Below, in pieces: positions 12,502 through 22,600 of a stretch of 64,000 nucleotides of DNA. Position 1 is the first letter of the stretch. The number at the start of each line of letters is the position of its first letter. A program made the translations under genes and the position numbers. Origin of the DNA: Vicugna vicugna (Eukaryota); NCBI GenBank assembly GCA_013265495.1, contig MU058844.1:2087520-2151519 (forward strand), written 5' to 3'. The notes under the pieces were generated by a model that worked only from the letters and a program-made list of their open reading frames with translations, was not told where the DNA came from and did not search any database.

Positions 12502-13942
12502 GTATGATTTTCAATAATTGTCCTGAACTCTGCTACAGACTAATAAAACTTTGATCAAGTTGAGAGAAAAGGGAATTATTTGGTGAGAAAGAAAAAAGGA
12601 AAAAAAATGTGTGCTAAACTTTCAGTAATCTTTATGCAGCATTTTAAACAAGTACTGCTTTTGAAAACAGAAACTAAATATTTGCTAAAATGGTTGAATG
12701 CATTGTTTTAGTTCTTTCTCTCTGTTCTTGCAAAGATGTTTCTTAAAGAAACTATAACCTAAGACCATGATTATCTTTATCGATGTATTTTGTATTTGTA
12801 CTAATTAAATGTTTAGTTCTTTAAGAAATGTTTATAGAAAAGTATTCTAGACTAGCATACTGTTCGTAGTTGGATTATATATTTAAGGATTTATTCTCTT
12901 CATGAATTCTTGTATATTTTAAGAACTTTTAAAACCTCAGAGAAGTGAACTCTGGTAATTAGCTGTAGAAGTCTGATGTGTATTTCTACGACCTAAAAAA
13001 TAACAGAAATTATCATCAGAGAGGTGAAAATAAACACTGAGAACACTTCTACTGATTATTAAGAACCTAGCTAAAATAGTCTCACATAATTCCTTAAATA
13101 TAAAGAAGAGACCCTGCCAGAATTTTTGCGGCAAATGAAATTTTATTATAAGATACATTCACTATAAAATGAAAGTGTGGGTTATTTTTCTTTCTAATTT
13201 CGAAACAGGGTAACATGATGACCACTGGTTAAGTGGGCTTCCAGTGATGTAAATACCTGTGGCTTTTTCTTTGAATTGCTATTTTGACCAGAAAAAGAAC
13301 CAGATACCTCCTATAGTAGCCCTTATTTATGGATAAATGCTGCTTTTATTTTTTATTTAAAAAATTTTTCTGTTATTATTGGGGTTTTTCATTCACCTAA
13401 TGCTGGGGGATTTTAATTTTCCCCTGCATTCACTTATCTCCTGAGGGTTAAATTTTGACTTTGAAAGTCACATCAAAGGCATAAATGACATCACGCAAAT
13501 ATTGTTCTGAATGATATAGTTAATTCAATGAGGTGAAGTAGTTTAAGAAACTAGAAATTATTATTTTTGATAGAACACATAAGCTATGGCAATGAGCTTT
13601 AGTGAAGCAGTGACATTTTTAGCAATCAGCCTTTAGAAAAGAGGGATACATTTTGGGAATACTTAAAACAGTTTAAATAAAATTTTAAAAGTATATCACC
13701 TCAATAATAGTCTCCTTGGTGTCTAAAAGGGCAACTGCTATTTTCCGTTTATTTTTTTGATTTATTAAGAAAGGAAGGAAGTGATTAAAGAAATCATCAC
13801 TATCACCAGCCCACATTAATTATTTTAGGATGCTGAGTCTTCCAAGTATTATGGCAGTAATTTTAAAAAGCTTATTTCATGGAGGAATTGTATAAAGTTC
13901 CTGGACATATTGTTCTTCCCCAGGACGTTCAGGGTTAAAATG

Positions 13943-13984
13943 CACACACACACACACACAGACACACACACACATACACACACA
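13943..13984. repeat. (CA)n microsatellite
   Basis: Directly visible, with interruptions. Confidence 0.95.
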
Positions 13985-15323
13985 AATGAAAGTGAAAAGT
14001 AACAGAAGCTAAAAGCTGTCTACTTGAGTTCAGCTTCAGCCAAATAGAATATTGTGTAGAGAATGTGCACCATTTTAATAAGAGTAAACAAATATAAAAT
14101 GATAATATTCCTCTGAGCTAATGCTCAACATTTCCTTTTTCTGAGTTAATAAACCAGGCATTTTCTACTCTAGAGAAAAGATCAGAAAGCAACATCCGCA
14201 TTAATTCTCGTTACTATTTATTAAATCTGCAATTACTTTGTTTCATTTTCTCCTAAAATTGTAAGACATTAAATATGCAAGGCTAGCAAACTTGTGGTAA
14301 ACCATAAACATTGCATTTTAATGTGAAACAGACCGAAAACCACTCCCTTAGATCCAATCCAAGGGAATGCTGCCAAAACAATAGGGTCTCCTTTAAAAGG
14401 CAATGCAGTAACTGAGTGGGAATGGGTTTCTAGAGAAAACCTGATACTGAATTTAAAAGGGCAGTGCAAATAATAACCTTTGTGGTATTATTTAAAAGAA
14501 AAGCTTCAAGTCTGTTTGCATATGTGCTGCCTTAGACATGCTTCAGTAGTAAATATAAACTAAGAACAAAAGCGTAAGAAATTTAAAAACATTTGTTTCC
14601 CCTCAAGTGGATCTAGGCAAACATTTCCAGAAAGCACATTAAGGTTAGGGCATACAAAGACATTTTCCTCTTTGCATATGCTACCATTGGACGACGACTG
14701 AAAATAATTTTCTAACTATAGGTATGAACGTACAACTTTAATATGGACTCATTAGTGCACAATTCAAAGTAGAGATGATGAGACTAAGGATAGTATCTTC
14801 AGTGTGTTTGGGGAATACTTAGAGCAGTTTCAGTGGAGTTTGAAAAAACTCAACTCAAAACTAGACTGTTCTCTACTACGTGATCGACTACTTTTTGTTA
14901 TTCAGATTTATTAAGATTTTGTTATTCAGATTCATTTAATTCACTTCAGCCAACTAAACAACTGATTCAGTAACACAGAAGTATATATCTCAAAATGCTT
15001 GGTGAATGAATGGATAAATATTGTATGGATTTTGTGTACTTGTTTACAAAATAGTCCTGTTGGTAAAACCAGATAATGTATAAGTCATATAAAAATCAGA
15101 TGAGTTTTTCTGTATGTGTTTAAATTGATTTATTAAAAATGATCCGTTTGAGAAACTAGCCGATAGATTTATGTCTAACACTGAATCTTGCCTATAACAA
15201 GTTGAGATTTTCAACTTGATGTCTTTCTTATGCTAGAAATTTGATATTGAAAAAAGATAATTGTGTGTTTTAAAAAATCAGATTGGTTGCCTGGAACAAG
15301 TTGAATAACTTGTATTATTAATA

Positions 15324-15366
15324 AATTGACGGTCAATTGAGTCATTTACGTGCACAATATTGTGCA
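15324..15366. promoter_or_regulatory. Proximal promoter motifs of exon 1b: AP-1 site, HRE-like TACGTG, two palindromes
   Basis: TGAGTCA at 15338-15344, TACGTG at 15347-15352, AATTGAC-G-GTCAATT at 15324-15338, TGCACAATATTGTGCA at 15351-15366. Confidence 0.55.
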
Positions 15367-16010
15367 AGGCCCGGGTGCAGAACAAAGAATAATAAGACAC
15401 GCCCTGAAGGAGTACATCTTCTAGTTGGGGGGACAGACCAAGCACGCAAAACAAATTACAATATAATGTGATAAGTTCTTTAAAAGAGGTAAGCGCAACG
15501 TGCTGTGGGAGCACAGAAGAGGGAGAAAACAGCATCCTGCCTGAATGAGCCAGGGAATACACAAGGGAAGCCCATTATCTCATTTAGTCTTTACCTCGCT
15601 CATCCAAGGTAGGTGTTTTAAATGGTGATTAGCTTTGAATGTCAGGGTTGAGGTGGGGACTGGGAATAGAGAGAAAATGGAGAGAAATATGGCTTGAAAT
15701 ATCAGTTAGTACCAAACTATGAATGGTCTTATATGCAACAAAGGGGATGTGTATCTTACTGGCATGCCTTGACAAGTAAACAAAGGGTTTGCAGTAGAAA
15801 ATGAACACAATGAAATTTAATTTTTAGAAGATGACTTGGGCAGCAGAGTGGAAGATCCTGGAGTGGAGGAAATAGTCAAGGCTGAGACCATTTGGAGGCT
15901 CTCATGGTAGTTCAAGGAGTGATGAGAATGGTCTGGACCAAGATAAATACATTAGGTTGGAGAGATAAGATTGGCTTCCAGAGATATTTCTGAAGCAGGA
16001 ATTGGAGACC
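15340..16010 (-). mobile_element. Antisense L2 remnant overlapping exon 1b, interrupted by a short MIR-like piece (about 15572-15620)
   Basis: aataagacacgccctgaaggagtacatcttctagttggggggacagac…tgggagcacagaagagggag resembles the L2 copies at 47500 and 57245; L2-like sequence resumes at about 15700-16010. Confidence 0.65.
15387..15608 (+). other. DCN: DCN alternative non-coding first exon 1b (5' UTR); 5' boundary approximate
   Basis: Matches my recollection of the human DCN alternative leader (GAATAATAAGACACGCCCTGAAGGAGTACATC…); donor CAAG|gtaggt at 15608/15609; second strong donor GAG|gtaagc at 15488/15489. Confidence 0.8.
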
Positions 16011-16419
16011 TTTCATGTGTACAGACAAAACTATTTTGACTGTGGCATGGCTGGTGTTGAGTGAGCATTGAAAATTGCATGGTGATTTATCATCATAACA
16101 ATTTTACACATGACTTGGATATATAATCCATAGTCTTAATTCAGACCCCAAATTCAAGTAAATTTAAATAATATTCAAATTTATCTTCCTAAGTAAATAG
16201 CTGTGCAAGTTAGTCTCTAATGTAACTTATAACCTTCCAAACACATTTCTAATGCTCTGTGTCCAACAATAAAGATAATAGTTTTTTTGTGCTCTGCTCC
16301 ATGCTCACTCCACTATCAGGTGTTACATAAAAATAACACATAAATCAGGCAATGCTACTCTTCTAAACCTTTTGTTTGTTTCCTAGGTTCCTTGATTGTG
16401 AAAATATATGCGATAAATC

Positions 16420-16633
16420 ATGAAGGCCACTATCATCTTCCTCTTGCTTGCACAAGTTTCCTGGGCTGGACCGTTTCAACAGAAAGGCTTATTTGACTTT
16501 ATGCTAGAAGATGAGGCTTCTGGGATAGGCCCGGAAGATCGCTTTCCTGATGTTTCTGAGTTAGAACCTCTGGGACCAGTGTGTCCCTTCCGCTGTCAGT
16601 GCCATCTTCGAGTGGTCCAGTGTTCTGATTTGG
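16420..16633 (+). CDS. DCN: DCN exon 2 coding part (exon starts at 16387): signal peptide, propeptide, GAG site, N-terminal Cys cluster
   Basis: Acceptor ttcctag|G at 16386/16387; ATG at 16420; [10 protein letters not shown]...[17 protein letters not shown]; donor G|gtgagt at 16633/16634. Confidence 0.98.
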
Positions 16634-19600
16634 GTGAGTGGGGCGCAGGCTCTCTTTACCTACCTGATCTGTTTTATTCATGGAAATGGATTCCCTGGGA
16701 GCTTAGCATTTTCAGTTTTAATTTCTGCAATTCCAAATGTGAGAGACAGTGCCACCTAATGAGGACGTAGGGAAGCAGAGCAGGCTAGAACATCGTAGCC
16801 TTGCAGTTAGGAAACTTTTTTCCCTTCTTTTTTTAAGTCAGCACTCCATCACTTTGCAATCTTGGACTAGTCACTTTAAAAAAAAAAAATTCTTTCTGAG
16901 CTTCATGGCTCCCCTTCTGTAAAATAAGATTCTGAGCAAAATAGTATCTTATGTTCTCTGATTCCAGAGTGATGGTTTATTTTAATTTGATGATTTGCTC
17001 TCATGAAGTCTTAGGTATTAAGAAAGCCTGGGTGATCTCTCTCCTCTTGGCTTAGCCAGATAACAGAGTCTGACTATTACTAAACTGTAAACTATGCAGA
17101 ATTAACAGAAGCAAAACAAATAAACTTTTAGAACAAAAATTACCTCTCAAGTACTAAAATACTCCCTTAATCCCTGGGTCTTAGTTTTGCCTCTACCTTT
17201 GGCATTTTGTAATCTAGCTGTTTATATTATCTAGAAAGTTTCATAGGAAATCTTTACAAGTAAGATACAGTGTAAGATAATCATATTCATCACAGCACAT
17301 TAATCATATTAATCATCAATATAATCAGGGAGCATATATCTTTAGTTTAACACTGTAAGTACAGTTTGATTTATCATCTTTCAAGAAAAACTTGGCCTGG
17401 GAATTCCAAGAGCAATACACTCAGAAGATAAATCTCCAGAAAGTTTGGAGTCCCAGCAGATGGACCAAAGGGGAATTAATCAATTTAGTTTACATGGCAG
17501 GTAATTCACATTCCTCTCTTTCACATTCCTCTCTTCTTTCAGTTCATTTTCTTACTGGAGAGGAGAAAAAAAAAAAAACCGTCACAGAATGATTCTGCCA
17601 TGGTGCATTTCCTTATGGAAGAAGCCCCACAGCTTAGTAGGACACTTCTTTCAGAAACCCTGTATTTACTCAGAACCTGCTTTCTAGGAGAATTTTGCAG
17701 GAAATTTTGCCACTAACTCCTAGAGTTGGAATAAACTACAAACAGGAACCCAGGAAAACACAAAACATATCAAATACTAACAACTGACAAACACTTTGAG
17801 ATAGATTCTTCTATGCTGACATGTACGAGACAGCCATTTGAACCCAAATAAAAAGCGTGTAGAAAAGCTTTTAAAAGGCGACAGGACAGTTCCACTAGAT
17901 TCATTCATTCATTCATTCATTCAGCAAATATATCGAGGTCTCACAATGGGTCAGGTCTGTTCTGGGCCCTGAAGAGAAAGGGAGGAGGGAGAGATATGGT
18001 CCTTGTTCTTGTGGGTTTGATAGTCTACTGGTGGTGATTATTCCTTTTTTGAATCGTGTGCTCCCAACAAGGGGGATTAGATTACTATCAGCTTCTACAG
18101 AAACTTTTATAGCATCTAGAGATGACCTCTGTTACTGGTGTAGACAGAAGAATAATGGTGTTAAAAATATCTGAACAAGGGACTCACCAAATGATAGATA
18201 CACTAGTGGTAACGTTTTTTAAAGGTTGCAAAAATGGCCAAGTTCTTAAGATATGTGATGCAAGTTAAATCTCACTTTGCCTGAGAACAAGTGTAAAAGG
18301 ATTCATAATTACCCCCTCCACACAGATGTTATCAACAATGAGGAGTTGATATTTTTAAGGAAGAAAGACTTGTCGAAGCACTTCACTGAAGTTTTATTTT
18401 CCAAAAACTATAGTTTTACTTTGCTTTCATGAGAAGTAGTTCATAAAAACTGACTCTGATGAAAGCGTTGGGACAGTTTTCAAATTGTTCATCATGAAAA
18501 AGTTCCAAGACTATTGCTAAAACTAAACAGAAAAATGTAGCCTTAGGAAACATCAAGTTCATTGACGTGGATGTCTCATGATACAGTTTTTTTTTTGTCC
18601 TTGTCATTGTTTTGTTTATTTTGTGTTGTTTTCTATGTTATCATTTTTTCTAAGAGCCCAGAGTGTACATTATTCCTTTGGGCTTACTGATCTTATATGC
18701 AAGAAGTAGTAGCTAAGATTGTAATCATGATTTGTTTTGGGGAACCATATTTAAAGAAGAGAACTGAGTTCCAATGAGCAATGATCTCATCCAAGTTACT
18801 TGTTGTTTTTTATTAATTCACAGGTGCAGATTTAAATATGTTGTCAAAAATTATGGTCAGATATTTCTAAAACAGAAAATACAGTTCTTAAAAGGAAAAG
18901 CAACCCCCTTGCCTTTAAAGAAAACATTTGATTCACGTTTGCAACTACTGTGTAGCCTCTGCTCATATTATGATCATGGCAAGCTGTTCAGAGCCTTGAC
19001 AGCTTCATCTGCAGAGTCATTAGTCAGTCTCAGACATCCTACTATCTGTGTGAAGGACCTGGCTTATAGCAGAGGCTCAATACATTTTTTTCTATATGAT
19101 GCATATGTGGAGTAAAAGATGAAAGAAACACAGGAGAAAAAGCAAGGAAAGAGAAATGGGCAACCTCACTCATGGCATTGCAGTTTATTTTCTTTTTTGT
19201 TTTAACTTCTCTAGTGATCTGACCACGAAGCTCGAATTATTATAATAAAGAAAAAATGCCCTTTGGGATGAGAAACGTGAATGCTTGTCTGTATCAAAGA
19301 CTAATGTTTTCTTAAGGCTTATTCTTGCCAGAGAATAATGAGCAGAGAAGAGCTACAGTGTTGAAGGACAATAGTGCTTTGTTATATTATTATCTAAATA
19401 GTGTTTAGCATAAGCAAACATTTCTTATTAAAATGTTTGAGTATTTTTGCCACTAGGAAGTAATTCTGATAAAGTTAAACAACATCAAATTTTTAAACAG
19501 TTCTTTCAAAGCTAGGATGTAAAGACTGTGAAATTAAAATTGAATAATTAGTCCATGGGAAAACTTGAGGTATTCAAGAAGATACAATCAACTGTTTTAA

Positions 19601-22600
19601 TCATCCCCTAGTTCCAACTTATCAGAAGACCATTATAATATGTTTTTCTAGAGCATGGGGGATTGAGAAAGTAAACATATTTTAGCCTAAGAAAGTAATG
19701 AATTCTCCATTGATACTGACCAAATTATTCGGCTGAACTTGTAATTTGAATCAGAATTTTATGAGAGTCTTATCTTCTTTTATTTCTCTATCCATCCTCT
19801 TAAGACGTAAAACAATTCACCCTTAATTATGGCATTTATAAAAAATACTATAAAAATAAATGTAGATTAGTAAATTCAGAAACCTGTAGATTTCCTTGAA
19901 ATAATAAACCCACAATGTAACTCATTCCTGTCAAGTCTTTTAAAAGTGTTCTGATATTAAGCTTGTGATTGGATGCTTTGTTTTGTGTACTTAGCATCTT
20001 AAAGGAGGACAGTCCCCTTACTTATGTACTCTTTCACTCAGCCATTCATCTTTGGAGCAAGTATCACCAGGAAGCATTATTTGGCACTGACTTTCATCTC
20101 ATTGGTTAAAGGCAGATTAGCCCTGACAGGTGAAATAAGCATAAGAATTGTTTTTTTGACTGTTTTCCAAATTACAGAATAGTTATTGATACATTTCTTA
20201 TGAACAAGTTTCAAAAGAATTAAAACACCCTAAAAGCATTGAATAGTGGAAAAAACTTGGATCATGCAGTTCAACACCTCTGAACTCAAGTCCTGCTTTA
20301 TCATCTACTACCTGTAACTTTGAAACTTTCAAAACTTGTTTCTGCATTGGATCCATAGGAATATATCTTACTTCATTAGGTAAGAATAGAAAATATTTGT
20401 GAAAGTGTTTATCATAGTAACTGTTATGTTCAGTTTACCATTTCAGACAAAGGCAGCTAATAACATGAGGCTATTTCTTATAATGTTCTTTATTTTCATA
20501 TATTTTATATATTTATATTTAATAAGTATGTGACTTGTCAAGCTGGATACAAAATAGCACCTTCTCTCCCCTCCTCCCTTAAGGTCATATCACATCCAAA
20601 TATAAATACACAAGAATTAGAAAATGGTGTAATTATCAAAATACTGTTCCCCAAACACTATTCCTTTGAACAAAATTGGTTTGGTTGAGTGGAGAACAAT
20701 AAAGCATTCGGCTATTTTATAATCATAAGTGATTCACAACCTACATAGTTAGCTCTCTAGAGGTGATGCTGGAAGACAGAACATTTTATTTTGCCAAGGA
20801 AAAGCATTATAACTAATGGTTCCTAAAATACATCTTCTAATGCAAGAGAAATTTTAATTTTAAAAAATCACAGGTAAAAGCACAACCTTTTAAATTGCAT
20901 AGAGTTAGTGTTCTTCTTTTTAATCAGTTGGCTTCAATTCGTGAAAATTTTGCCAGTAGCCACTACTTGGACAGATGCCATAGCTTGTCTCTTATTTGGG
21001 GAAATTGGTTTTCCAGAAGCAAGTCTTACGCATGAGGTAAATGGACTATTAGACTTCTTCCATGAAATCATCCCAGAAGAATAAATTGCAGCTGTTTTGT
21101 AGAGGGACAGAGAGAATGCTGGAACCTTAGTTGCTTTCATAGTTTACGTCTGGCTTTGCAGCAACAGGAATGTGGGGTGACTCTCATTTGGAGTTTCAGC
21201 TGCACCAAAAGGGCATCTCTAAGATGTGGTACAGGAAGGAGGCTATGCACAGAGCATGCCCAGTTCGTTGCCTAAAATGGTACTGGGTAGGGATGGAGCA
21301 TGACAGATCTTAGAGGCAGCAAGGGGAATACTCAGGTGTGATCCAGATAACAAAAGCCCCTGATTCAAGTGGTTGAAGATGAGAAGGAGGAAGACAGGGG
21401 TCAGAGAAGGCCAAAGGAAGCATCTGTCTCCTTGACCTAACTGACACCTGACATGTCCCTGGTTTCCTTCCCAGTCCCAGGAGGGAGAGAAACGCAGCTG
21501 TGTGGGATCAAGGCATTTGGTTAGAATGCAGCTGTGGTGCATTCTCTTCTGGAAGATCATTTCTGGCTCCAGAGAACAGGATGGGAGTAGGTTAGACAGA
21601 ATATTAATTTCCTGGATAAAAGAGGAAATGCAGGATACCCTCTAATCTTAACTTTCCTCCTTCAAAGGAGTAGCAAGAAAATTATATATTTCCTTGCAAA
21701 TAAGGATAAAGAAGAACTAGCCCAGTTTGCAATCGAGTCTCAGTAAAAGGAAAAAGCCCTGTAGCAGCTACACTACAATGCTCAAGATTTAGTTAACCCT
21801 TGACTTAGTCCGAAGGTTGCTTTGAGGCAATTTCTGCAGCTTGTCTACCTCTGTGTTTTCACTATAATCTGTATTTGCTTTGATGAGTCTATAAGAAGCA
21901 ATTATATGTACATATATAATAATTATTTATTTTCTTTAGTTATCTATTTAAATAGCTACTCTATCAGAAGAAAAGCATGATCATTTATCTTTCGGCCCTT
22001 TACTCAAAAAATGCTTTATACTTGGTAGGTTCAATCAATGTTTGACAAATGAATAGATGAACATAGGCGTGGCTTAGTGCTTGGATGAGTGCAAAATTCT
22101 ACAATATTCTTGATTCTGTCAAGCTGGAAAAAGGAGGGAACATGGCTGACTGGGAATTAGGAGTTATGGAGCTGTCCTTTCTTATTGTTTTTGAGGATGA
22201 CTGTAGACCTAGGAAGCTTAAACCTTCCTTAGGTTATTTGGAAAGAGAACTGAATTAAAGGGAGGACCTACTACTACTTCTGAATCCAACTGCCATCACA
22301 GTCAGATTGCCATTTTTAAGGGGGAAAGAAGGAAGCATGCATGCATGTTTAGCAGAAATGCTTTTTGATGGAGCTGGGACCCCTATGTATTGCTTTGGTC
22401 ATGTGCCCATAACTGAAGTGTATCACCATTGTCCCAGTTATTAAATTGAATACAGAAATATAAAATTGTTGGAAATCAGCAAGAATAAATCTTGGCATTT
22501 GGACCTCTGCCACAGGGCAGAAAAAACAGCAAAGAAAATCATGATGTTTTAGGCCTTTATCCAACATGATGTTTACCAGATTACTGACATTTGCTAGCAG

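Noticed and set aside
16634..16770. Continuation of ORF 16420..16770 beyond CSDLG
   Set aside because: Read-through past the exon 2 donor into the intron; similarity to decorin stops at the donor.
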